10,485 nt of DNA, taken from contig JAFGKZ010000101.1 of NCBI GenBank assembly GCA_016928315.1, forward strand, positions 1-10,485, written 5' to 3'. Position numbers and translations under genes: made by a program. Position 1 is the stretch's first letter. Every line of letters begins with the position of its first letter. Source of the DNA: Calditrichaceae bacterium (GTDB taxonomy: Bacteria > Calditrichota > Calditrichia > Calditrichales > Calditrichaceae). This document shows positions 1 to 7,493 of the stretch, piece after piece. The notes beneath the pieces were generated by a model. The model had not been told where the DNA came from, did not search any database, and was given only the letters and a program-made list of their open reading frames with translations.

Positions 1-186
1 ATATTTCAAAAATTCGTCAATTTTTCTATTAAACCTGAGTTCGCTGTATGTTAAAAAGATCTCAAATTTTCTTTGTTATTCTTCTATTGAATTCACTCTA
101 TTTTACCTGATTAATCCATCCTTAAGGAATTTTTATGCTCATTAATAGTTATACCTATTCGTTCTTTTTATTTTTTTGGAGTCTAT

Positions 187-894
187 ATGTTTTCGATGCA
201 GAAAATTGCAAAAATTGCAGGTTTCGGTTATCTGATCATATTTATAACCGGTTTTTTTTCTAACTTTTTTGTTCTGGAAAATCTTTATATTCCCGGAGAT
301 GGTTTTGCCACTGCGACAAATATTGTACATAGCGATATCCTTTATCGTATCGGCATATTCAGTTTTATTTTAATGGTTCTTTTTGATGTATTGCTCGCCT
401 GGGCGCTCTATATGATACTTATCCCTGTTAATAAAAATCTTTCATTACTTTCAGGATGGTTGAGGCTCGTTAACGCCACTATATTTGGGATTGCACTATA
501 CAATCTGATTATTGTATTAAAACTTCTAAGTAAAAATGCCTATTTAAAGACATTTGGCACAGAACAACTGCATGCTCAGGTTTTACTTTTTTTCGAGACA
601 TTTAATATTACCTGGCTGATCGGTTTAATTTTCTTTGGACTTCATCTGCTTGTGATGGGTTATCTGATTTACAAATCGGGTTACATTTCAAAAATAATTG
701 GTATTCTGTTACTCGTTGCAGGCATTGGCTATTTGATTGATAGTTTTGCGAATTTTCTACTACCTGATTATGCCAATTATAAAGATATTTTTTTAATTAT
801 TGTGATTGTACCCGGAATCATAGGGGAATTATCACTAACATTTTGGCTTTTATTTAAAAGTAAAAAGATTCCTAAACTTATGGAGACTCAATAG
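187..894 (+). CDS. Polytopic membrane protein, DUF4386-like (about 6 predicted TM helices)
   Basis: 235-aa ORF with multiple long hydrophobic stretches (IAGFGYLIIFITGFF, IGIFSFILMVLFDVLLAWALYMILI, ATIFGIALYNLIIVL, WLIGLIFFGLHLLVMGYLIY, IIGILLLVAGIGYLI, IFLIIVIVPGIIGELSLTFWLLF). The N-terminal region (AGxxYL...G.F, PGD..ATA.NI) resembles DUF4386 family members as I recall them. GGAG lies 7 nt upstream of ATG 187. The stop TAG (892-894) abuts the next ATG (895). Confidence 0.6.
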   Translation: MFSMQKIAKIAGFGYLIIFITGFFSNFFVLENLYIPGDGFATATNIVHSDILYRIGIFSFILMVLFDVLLAWALYMILIPVNKNLSLLSGWLRLVNATIFGIALYNLIIVLKLLSKNAYLKTFGTEQLHAQVLLFFETFNITWLIGLIFFGLHLLVMGYLIYKSGYISKIIGILLLVAGIGYLIDSFANFLLPDYANYKDIFLIIVIVPGIIGELSLTFWLLFKSKKIPKLMETQ

Positions 895-1893
895 ATGAGA
901 GCAATAATGTACGAAGAATATGGTTCGCGGGATGTCCTTCAAATTAAAGAAATAGATAAGCCTGTTCCAAAGGATAATGAAATCCTGATTAAAATATATG
1001 CAACGTCAATAAATTACGGGGATTTAATTGCCCGAAAATTTGGGAATGTTACAGCCCGGCAATTTAATATGCCCATGCCTTTGTGGCTGCCGGCCCGAAT
1101 CATGTTTGGCTGGAGTAAACCAAAGAAGAAAATTCTTGGGAGTGAGTTTGCCGGCGTAGTTGAAGATATAGGTAATGCCGTGAAACTGTTTAAAAAAGGC
1201 GACGAAGTTTTTGGTTACGTCGGCCAGAATATGGGAGCGAACGCGGAATATATGTGTATGTCGGAAAACAGAACGGTAACCATCAAACCGGCAAATATCA
1301 GTTTCGAAGAAGCCAGCGCTATTCCTTATGGCGCGCTGATGGCAATTAACCACTTGAGAAAAGTGAAAATTAATCACGATACTGAAATATTGGTTAACGG
1401 CGCTTCCGGCTCCATCGGTTCAGCTGCGCTTCAGATTGCCAAATATTACGGGGCGGAAGTGACAGGTGTTTGCGGAACGCCCAGATTGGAATTTGTTAAA
1501 TCGCTCGGCGCAGATAAGGTAATTGATTATACCAAAGAGGATTTTACTCACAATGGCGCAACCTATGATATTATTTATGACATTCTTGGTAAAAGCCAAT
1601 TTGAAAATTGCAAGAATTCATTGAACGAGACCGGGACCTATCTTTTAGCCAGTTTTAAAATGAAACAACTTTTTCAGATGATAAAGATAAAATTGACTGG
1701 CGGCAAAAAGAAACTGATCTGCGCCCTAGCTTCGGATAGTAAAGAAGATCTAATCATGATCAAAGAACTTATTGAAGCCGGAAAAATAAAATCAATTATT
1801 GATAAAAGTTTTCCGATGGAAAAAGCCGTTGAAGCCCACCGCTATGCAGAAGAAGGATACAAAAAGGGCAGTATTGTCTTATCGTTTTATTAA
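895..1893 (+). CDS. NAD(P)H-dependent quinone oxidoreductase / zinc-independent medium-chain dehydrogenase-reductase (MDR, zeta-crystallin-like)
   Basis: 332 aa. The N-terminus MRAIMYEEYG..VLQIKEIDKPVP is typical of MDR/Qor proteins. A Rossmann dinucleotide motif GASGSIGSAALQIAKYYGAEV lies at about nt 1399-1460, and the C-terminus GKIKSIIDKSFPMEKAVEAHRYAEEGYKKGSIVL is typical of the Qor family. There is no GHE/Cys zinc-ligand pattern, so a Zn-free quinone oxidoreductase-type enzyme is more likely than a Zn-ADH. The start abuts the upstream stop, consistent with translational coupling. Confidence 0.88.
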   Translation: MRAIMYEEYGSRDVLQIKEIDKPVPKDNEILIKIYATSINYGDLIARKFGNVTARQFNMPMPLWLPARIMFGWSKPKKKILGSEFAGVVEDIGNAVKLFKKGDEVFGYVGQNMGANAEYMCMSENRTVTIKPANISFEEASAIPYGALMAINHLRKVKINHDTEILVNGASGSIGSAALQIAKYYGAEVTGVCGTPRLEFVKSLGADKVIDYTKEDFTHNGATYDIIYDILGKSQFENCKNSLNETGTYLLASFKMKQLFQMIKIKLTGGKKKLICALASDSKEDLIMIKELIEAGKIKSIIDKSFPMEKAVEAHRYAEEGYKKGSIVLSFY

Positions 1894-2372
1894 TATCTGT
1901 CAAAATGTTCATTTCTTAATTCCATGTTATGTCTTCTTTTTAGAATACCCGCTGTTTTAAAGAAGGATACGGCAATCATTTCCTATTCATTGGATTATAA
2001 TAAAAAATCTTGTCAATATATAAATTTGATTGATGATAGAAATAGTCCAATCAGTTTTGCGACAATTTTAAAATAAATTCCATCATCCTATGATTTGCTT
2101 GAAATGTTTTAATATGATTATTAAATTCCTTGCAATCCAGGCACAACCTATTTTATTATAACGCGATATATAAGCAATGGTGTTTGTACTACTTTAAGAG
2201 GTAGAGCAACTCATGATTATATATAAGTCCGCATTTAATTCTGATAAAAATTATTATCGAATATCCAGGGAACCTCCTTAACTTCAGACCTTGAGCATTT
2301 TACCTTTTTTAGACTAAACCTATAATTATTTGCTATTATAATTTAATAAGGAATTTTTAGAAAGGATGAATT

Positions 2373-2702
2373 ATGAAATGGTATCTTGAAGTACTGAAAA
2401 AGTATGCTGTTTTTTCCGGAAAAGCCAGTAGACAGGAATTTTGGATGTTTGTGTTATTCAATCTCATATTCTCTATAGTTGCTTCGATACTTGATAATGT
2501 TCTTGGCACTTCAGTAGGAAGTATGGGTTATGGTATTATTAGCACTCTTTATTTGCTGGCGGTACTTATTCCGAGTATTGCAGTTACGATAAGAAGACTA
2601 CATGATACTGGTAGAAGTGGGTGGTGGATACTGCTGGTTTTTATACCAATCATTGGCTGGATCTGGCTTATAGTTCTTATGATTCTGAAAGGGAAAGCAT
2701 AA
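2373..2702 (+). CDS. DUF805 family small inner-membrane protein (YhaH/YhaI-like)
   Basis: 109 aa. The N-terminus MKWYLEVLKKYAVFSGKASRQEFW is the canonical DUF805 start (W/Y.. + RA.R.EFW). The signature RRLHDTGRSGWW is present (aa 74-85). Three hydrophobic helices. AAGGAT lies 6 nt upstream of the ATG. Confidence 0.85.
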   Translation: MKWYLEVLKKYAVFSGKASRQEFWMFVLFNLIFSIVASILDNVLGTSVGSMGYGIISTLYLLAVLIPSIAVTIRRLHDTGRSGWWILLVFIPIIGWIWLIVLMILKGKA

Positions 2703-2754
2703 GGACAAAATTGGTCTTCATTAACCTGGATTAAGAGCAAAATAAGTAACATCA

Positions 2755-2810
2755 GAGCATGGCGGAAATTATTCTTATTTTAAAAGTACAGCCGTCATGC
2801 TCTTTTCATT
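2755..2810 (+). terminator. Possible Rho-independent terminator downstream of the DUF805 gene (weak)
   Basis: GAGCATGGCGG (2755-2765) is complementary to CCGTCATGCTC (2791-2801) with one mismatch, and is followed by TTTTCATT. The loop is long (about 25 nt), so stability is doubtful. Confidence 0.3.
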
Positions 2811-2958
2811 CCTTCATTAAATTGATAAATAGTATTATTGCTTATTTAAATGCTGCAGCCTGGATAGATAAGATAAACATATATTGATAATTAATTTTTA
2901 CCTGCTTATTTTATACAAATCTTCACTATATTAATAATTATTATTTACGAGGTATATC

Positions 2959-4551
2959 ATGCATTTTTCAGGAAACAGTATATTCACTTGTTTTGTGATT
3001 TTCCTATTAAGTTTTTCGTACCAGTTTATTGCGCAAGAAACCATTTCTGGCATTGTCTATGAAGATTTAAATGAAAATGGCATAATGGATTCGCAGGAAA
3101 AAGGAATTGCCGATGTCGTTGTTTCCAATCAACGTGATGCTGTTGTAACTGATGATGATGGTAATTTTAGCTTGCCGCTAATTGAAGGTCGTGCTGTTTT
3201 TGTAACCAAACCGGCTGCTTATGCGGCGCCTGTTGACGAAAATAATATTCCGCAGTTCTCATTCACATACAGCTCACAGGGTTCGCCGGCTGATTTAAAA
3301 TTTAAAGGATTGAGTCCAAATACAGAAGTACCGGATAGGCTTTATTTTCCACTATATAAAGATGACTACAGAGAATCATTTAAGGTTATATTTTCTGGCG
3401 ATCCACAACAGCGCGATTCAATAGAAGTTAATTATTTCCGTGATGATGTGGTTGCGGATATGTTTGCTCAAGATGCCCGGTTTTATCTGGCCTTAGGTGA
3501 TATCGCCGGCGACAACCTGAGTATATTTGAACACTATAACAACGTAGTCGGCCAACTGGGTATTCCGGCTTATTCTGTTCCGGGTAACCATGATGAAAAT
3601 TACCGGGTTAAAGATGATACCCATTCCTTAGATACGTTTAAGCGTATTTATGGACCGGAATACTATTCCTTTGACTATGGAAAAGTGCATTTTATTGTAC
3701 TGGATGTCGTTGAATATCTTGGCTGGGATTCTGCCGGAAATAAACATGGCCCATACAGAGGCTATTTACACGATGATCAATTGACATGGCTAAAAAATGA
3801 TCTAAAATATGTGCCCGAAGAACATCTGATTGTTCTAATGATGCACATCCCAATTCATACGGATTATTCAACTTCTGATAATATGATTCTGGTGAACCGG
3901 GATAAGCTGTTCGAGATTATTCAATCCCGTAAGCATCTTTTAGCGTTATCCGGACATTTACATGTTATTGAAAATTTAAAATTAGGACCCAATTGCGGTT
4001 GGAATAATGCGACGCCCTTTTATAGTATGAATCTCGGAGCGGGTTGCGGCGCATGGTGGAGCGGTCCGAAGGATGAACGCGGTGTTCCGCTAAGTTACTG
4101 TATGGACGGATCACCCAATGGATATTTTGTCTTCTCCTTTGAAGGTAATACGTTTAATCAGAACTTTTATCCGGCCAGTCAAAGTGCGGATTTCCAAATA
4201 CGTGTCAGTTGTCCGGATAAAGCAATTTTAGCAGATTCTTTATCGATCAGACCAATTGTAGTCAATATTTTCAATGCAGATTCAGAAACAGAAGTCTATT
4301 TTCAGATAGATGATTCAAACCGATCATTAATGATGCGGCAGCGTATGCGGGATCCGTTTATGGTAGATTATTTTACTAAAAACCGCAAAGACTTTCCCTG
4401 GTGGGTGAATGACGTTGAGGTTACGGATCATATTTGGACTGCAAATTTGCCTGCCAATTTGAATACGGGTCAGCATACCATAAAAATCAGTGCGATTGAC
4501 GGATTTAATAATATATATTCCCAGGTAAAAATATTCGAAGTTAAAAAGTAG
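2959..4551 (+). CDS. Secreted calcineurin-like metallophosphoesterase (MetallophosN / Metallophos / Metallophos_C-type architecture)
   Basis: 530 aa. N-terminal signal peptide MHFSGNSIFTCFVIFLLSFSYQFIA|QE. A Cna-B/SdrD-B-like beta-sandwich segment (GIVYEDLNENGIMDSQEKGIADVVV...TDDDGNF) follows. Canonical metallophosphatase metal-ligand motifs are present: GDPQ (aa 147-150), GDIAGD (aa 180-185), GNHD (aa 209-212, nt 3583-3594), and later histidines (MMHIP, GHLH). Long C-terminal extension. Confidence 0.85.
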   Translation: MHFSGNSIFTCFVIFLLSFSYQFIAQETISGIVYEDLNENGIMDSQEKGIADVVVSNQRDAVVTDDDGNFSLPLIEGRAVFVTKPAAYAAPVDENNIPQFSFTYSSQGSPADLKFKGLSPNTEVPDRLYFPLYKDDYRESFKVIFSGDPQQRDSIEVNYFRDDVVADMFAQDARFYLALGDIAGDNLSIFEHYNNVVGQLGIPAYSVPGNHDENYRVKDDTHSLDTFKRIYGPEYYSFDYGKVHFIVLDVVEYLGWDSAGNKHGPYRGYLHDDQLTWLKNDLKYVPEEHLIVLMMHIPIHTDYSTSDNMILVNRDKLFEIIQSRKHLLALSGHLHVIENLKLGPNCGWNNATPFYSMNLGAGCGAWWSGPKDERGVPLSYCMDGSPNGYFVFSFEGNTFNQNFYPASQSADFQIRVSCPDKAILADSLSIRPIVVNIFNADSETEVYFQIDDSNRSLMMRQRMRDPFMVDYFTKNRKDFPWWVNDVEVTDHIWTANLPANLNTGQHTIKISAIDGFNNIYSQVKIFEVKK

Positions 4552-4675
4552 ACTGAATCATATGATCCAGATTAACACGGATTTTACACGAATGAGATGC
4601 TATTAATATATGCTTATTTCGGTGAATCATTTTTTAGTTTATCTTTTACTAATAATCATAGACAGGAGATGAATT

Positions 4676-4999
4676 ATGGAACATACCTTTAAAGATCTCA
4701 AACATATGAAAGTTGATCAGCTCAGAGAGATTGCTGCAGCGACCGGTGAAGACGGCATTCAGGGTTACACTCAGCTTAATAAGGAGCATCTGCTTGAAGC
4801 TATTTGTACATTTTATCATATTGACATGTATGAGCATCATGATGTGGTTGGTGTAGATAAAATGAAAATCAAATCCAGAATTAAAGATTTGAAAAAAGAA
4901 CGGGAAGAGGCAATAGAAAAGAAAGACAAAGCAAAACTTGCTGCAGCCCGCAAGGAAATCAAGAAATTAAAACGCGCATTGCGACGAGCGATGGTATAA
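4676..4999 (+). CDS. Small Rho_N (Rho termination factor N-terminal-like, SAP-type) domain protein with basic/acidic helical tail
   Basis: 107 aa. Residues about 11-47 (MKVDQLREIAAATGEDGIQGYTQLNKEHLLEAI) match the Rho_N consensus pattern (L..mk..eL.eiAk..Gi.g.s...K.eLi.aI). The C-terminal half is Lys/Arg/Glu-rich (KIKSRIKDLKKEREEAIEKKDKAKLAAARKEIKKLKRALRRA), a predicted charged helix. A strong SD AGGAG lies 8 nt upstream. Confidence 0.6.
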   Translation: MEHTFKDLKHMKVDQLREIAAATGEDGIQGYTQLNKEHLLEAICTFYHIDMYEHHDVVGVDKMKIKSRIKDLKKEREEAIEKKDKAKLAAARKEIKKLKRALRRAMV

Positions 5000-5221
5000 C
5001 ATGAGAGGTATTAAAAGTAAAGAATTTGATGGCAGTATTTATTTTTCGTGTTGGAAATGATTAGCTTGATTAGCGCTGATATCTTACCTGTTGAAAAAGA
5101 TTTTACTTATCCTCTGATGAAACAAGGATGGATAACTTTGGCTTACAATTGTTTCCTGATTGAATATTTTAATAAAGCGGTTGTATAAAACATTTGAAAA
5201 CAATTCCGGAGAAAACAAAAT

Positions 5222-5851
5222 ATGGATTGGCTAAACGAATGGTGGACGCAGATTCCCAATTTTGAGAGGATTTTCTGGTTCTTAGCAGTTCCATCCAGTA
5301 TAATATCTCTGCTTCAATTAATCCTGGAATTTATTGGGATGGGCAGCGATAGTATGGATGCTGATCTTGATACCGGCGCAGATGCAGATGTGGATGCGGA
5401 TGTATCAGATAGCTCAGGTCAGCATGCCGGCGGTGATTTGAGAATCTTTACAGTAAGAGGATTTATAGTCTTTTTTACTCTTTTCGGTTGGGCTGGTATC
5501 GCATTCGCCAGAACAGGTTTTCCCGGTATCCTTGTTATCATCATAGCTTTTTTAATTGGATTTGGCGCCATGGTTTTGGTTGCCTGGCTGTTTAAATTTT
5601 TACATAGTCTGGGTGAAAGCGGAAATACAGATATTAAAAATGCCATAGGCAAGCGGGGCACGGTATATTTCACCATCCCTGGCGGTGGAAAGGCAACAGG
5701 CCAGATCCAAATAATATTTCAGGGTTCATTTCATACGATGGATGCAATTACCTATGATAAAGAGGATATCAAAACCGGAACCAATGTCAAAGTCACTGAA
5801 GTGCTTGAGGATGGTACCCTGGTTGTAGTTAATGATCTTACGATAGAATAG
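5222..5851 (+). CDS. NfeD-like membrane protein (YqiJ/YuaF family), partner of flotillin
   Basis: 209 aa. Three hydrophobic TM segments. The C-terminal segment KRGTVYFTIPGGGKATGQIQIIFQGSFHTMDAITYDKEDIKTGTNVKVTEVLEDGTLVVV fits the NfeD OB-fold beta-barrel pattern. It sits 12 nt upstream of a flotillin gene, which is the conserved nfeD-floT/yqiJ-yqiK arrangement. An acidic Asp-rich linker (DSMDADLDTGADADVDADVSDSS) lies between TM1 and TM2. Confidence 0.75.
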   Translation: MDWLNEWWTQIPNFERIFWFLAVPSSIISLLQLILEFIGMGSDSMDADLDTGADADVDADVSDSSGQHAGGDLRIFTVRGFIVFFTLFGWAGIAFARTGFPGILVIIIAFLIGFGAMVLVAWLFKFLHSLGESGNTDIKNAIGKRGTVYFTIPGGGKATGQIQIIFQGSFHTMDAITYDKEDIKTGTNVKVTEVLEDGTLVVVNDLTIE

Positions 5852-5853
5852 TT

Positions 5854-5859
5854 AGGAGG
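5854..5859 (+). promoter_or_regulatory. Shine-Dalgarno (AGGAGG) for floT in the 12-nt nfeD-floT intergenic gap
   Basis: TAG (5849-5851) TTAGGAGGAAAC ATG (5864) indicates tight operon coupling. Confidence 0.6.
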
Positions 5860-5863
5860 AAAC

Positions 5864-7321
5864 ATGTTATCTATGCCGTTTTTAGTTTTAATTGTTGTGG
5901 CTGTTATACTGGCATTCAGTATTTTGACCGCAGCTCTGAGCCGTTACCGGCGTTGTCCTTCCGATAAACTACTGGTTATTTATGGTAAAATCGGAAAAGA
6001 TGCTTCGGGAGAAGCCCGTTCAGCAAAATGCGTTCATGGAGGCGCTTCATTTGTCTGGCCGGTAATCCAGGATTATCAATATCTCGATTTAAAGCCAATG
6101 ACCATCGAAATTGATCTTAAATCAGCCTTATCCCGCCAAAATATCCGTATTAATGTGCCTTCTGTATTTACCGTAGCTATATCCACAGATGAAGGAGATA
6201 TGATAAATGCCGCCGTAAGAATGCTTGGATTGGGAGCCCAGCAGATTAAAGATCTGGCTGCCGATATTATCCTCGGTCAGTTGCGTCAGGTTATTGCCAC
6301 AATGGATATTGAAGAGATTAATGCCGACCGGGAAAAATTTCTGGCCAATGTTACGCACAGTGTCGGAGCCGAACTTAGAAAAATAGGTCTCAAACTAATC
6401 AATGTAAACGTGAAAGACCTTGTGGATGAATCCGGCTATATTGAAGCCCTTGGTAAAAAAGCGGCGGCACAAGCAATAAATCAGGCTAAAAAAGAGGTGG
6501 CTGAACAGGAGCGTGATGGTGAAATCGGTAAAGCAAATGCCGAGCAGGAACGTCGTGTTAAAGTTTCTGCTGCAGATGCCACTGCGGTTAGAGGTGAAAA
6601 TGAAGCTAAAATTACTATAGCAAATAGTGAAGCGGATCGCCGGGAAAGAGAGGCGGATGCTGAACGCCGGGCGAGCGCCGCAGAAAAAATTGCCATAGCT
6701 AATGCTCTTAAGGAAGCCTATGAAGCTGAAAAAAATGCGGAAGTGAAACGGGCCGAGAGAGTTCGCGCTACCCAGAAAGCGGATATGATTGTTCCGGCAG
6801 AAATCAATAAGGAGAAAATTCAGATTGATGCCGACGCCAAAGCTGAACAATTAAGACGTGAAGCAAAAGGTACCGGTGATGCCTCTTACCTGAAGATGGA
6901 AGGTGAAGCCCGCGGTATTTTTGAAGTTCTTAATAAACAGGCTGAAGGTTTTAAGAAAGTTGTGGAAGCCGCAGGGAAAGATCCCCAGGCCGGCGCTATG
7001 TTAATGATTGTGGATAAATTACCTGAAATCGTAAAAATGCAGGTTCAGGCTATCAGCAACATTAAACTGGATAAGGTCCTCGTTTGGGATAGTAATGGCA
7101 GCGGCAAAGACGGCGCCCCAGCTGCGGCAAACTTCCTATCCGGTATGCTTAAATCATTGCCGCCTTTAAAAGATTTGCTGGATTTGGGCGGGATGAATCT
7201 GCCTGAGTTTCTGGGGAAGGAAAAAGAAGTTGAAGCAGCCAAAGCCTCTGGAAAACAAGTTGTTAAGGAAAAAAATTCGACCAAACAATCCGGCGATACT
7301 CCGATAAAGGAAAAAGAGTAG
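5864..7321 (+). CDS. floT: Flotillin-like SPFH/band-7 protein (FloT/YqiK type)
   Basis: 485 aa. N-terminal membrane hairpin MPFLVLIVVAVILAFSILTAAL. The SPFH core and signature blocks align by eye to B. subtilis FloT (GYIEALGK vs GYLESLGK, MIVDKLPEIVK vs MIVKMLPEYAK, DKVLVWDSNGSG vs DKITVVDTGGSG). An extended Ala/Glu-rich EA-repeat coiled-coil region spans about nt 6446-6870. AGGAGG SD lies immediately upstream, and the gene is followed by a terminator. Confidence 0.92.
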   Translation: MLSMPFLVLIVVAVILAFSILTAALSRYRRCPSDKLLVIYGKIGKDASGEARSAKCVHGGASFVWPVIQDYQYLDLKPMTIEIDLKSALSRQNIRINVPSVFTVAISTDEGDMINAAVRMLGLGAQQIKDLAADIILGQLRQVIATMDIEEINADREKFLANVTHSVGAELRKIGLKLINVNVKDLVDESGYIEALGKKAAAQAINQAKKEVAEQERDGEIGKANAEQERRVKVSAADATAVRGENEAKITIANSEADRREREADAERRASAAEKIAIANALKEAYEAEKNAEVKRAERVRATQKADMIVPAEINKEKIQIDADAKAEQLRREAKGTGDASYLKMEGEARGIFEVLNKQAEGFKKVVEAAGKDPQAGAMLMIVDKLPEIVKMQVQAISNIKLDKVLVWDSNGSGKDGAPAAANFLSGMLKSLPPLKDLLDLGGMNLPEFLGKEKEVEAAKASGKQVVKEKNSTKQSGDTPIKEKE

Positions 7322-7350
7322 TTTAAGATTAAAATATTACCCTTATTAAC

Positions 7351-7398
7351 AACGCAGAATAACCGGTATTAACAATGGATATTCTGCGTTTTTTATTG
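7351..7398 (+). terminator. Rho-independent terminator closing the nfeD-floT operon
   Basis: Perfect inverted repeat AACGCAGAATA (7351-7361) / TATTCTGCGTT (7380-7390) with a 17-18-nt loop, immediately followed by TTTTTTATT. Confidence 0.8.
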
Positions 7399-7417
7399 AT
7401 GTACGCATCTTAGTAAC

Positions 7418-7446
7418 TTGTAATTTTTTTTATCTGCATTTATATT
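7418..7446 (+). promoter_or_regulatory. Candidate sigma70-like promoter for the 7494 gene (TTGTAA-N17-TATATT)
   Basis: TTGTAA at 7418-7423, a 17-nt spacer, then TATATT at 7441-7446. It lies downstream of the floT terminator and about 48 nt upstream of ATG 7494. An AT-rich background makes chance matches likely. Confidence 0.3.
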
Positions 7447-7493
7447 TATAAAACTTAACTTAATGGTAAATATAAAATCCCGGAATCGTTGTT

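Noticed and set aside
142-330. 62-aa minus-strand ORF overlapping the start of the DUF4386 gene
   Set aside because: Lys/Asn-rich low-complexity translation of AT-rich DNA that overlaps a better + strand gene and its RBS.
1024-1377. 117-aa minus-strand ORF inside the MDR oxidoreductase gene
   Set aside because: Antisense to a confidently identified enzyme gene, with no recognisable motifs or RBS. It is a typical shadow ORF.
1851-1971. Direct repeat GAAGGATAC at 1851-1859 and 1963-1971
   Set aside because: 9-mer coincidences are expected many times by chance in a 10-kb AT-biased window. There is no extended flanking similarity.
2549-2752. 67-aa minus-strand ORF overlapping the DUF805 gene
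   Set aside because: Antisense to the conserved RRLHDTGRSGWW signature region. It is a shadow ORF.
4649-4840. 63-aa minus-strand ORF overlapping the Rho_N-like gene
   Set aside because: Antisense shadow ORF with no RBS. The + strand gene has a strong SD and a recognisable domain.
5001-5060. 19-aa mini-ORF (MRGIKSKEFDGSIYFSCWK) right after the Rho_N-like gene
   Set aside because: Too short, with no SD or other support. It is most likely non-coding intergenic sequence.
5419-5676. 85-aa minus-strand ORF inside the NfeD-like gene
   Set aside because: Embedded antisense ORF. The + strand reading frame carries the TM helices and OB-fold of NfeD.
6395-6850. 151-aa minus-strand ORF (and nested 71-aa ORF 6481-6696) inside floT
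   Set aside because: Fully embedded antisense to the highly conserved flotillin EA-repeat region. The sequence is low-complexity (Ser/Phe/Arg-rich), has no SD, and is an artefact of stop-poor antisense GCN/GAR codons.
7045-7284. 79-aa minus-strand ORF inside the 3' part of floT
   Set aside because: Antisense to the conserved flotillin C-terminus (DKVLVWDSNGSG block). It is a shadow ORF.
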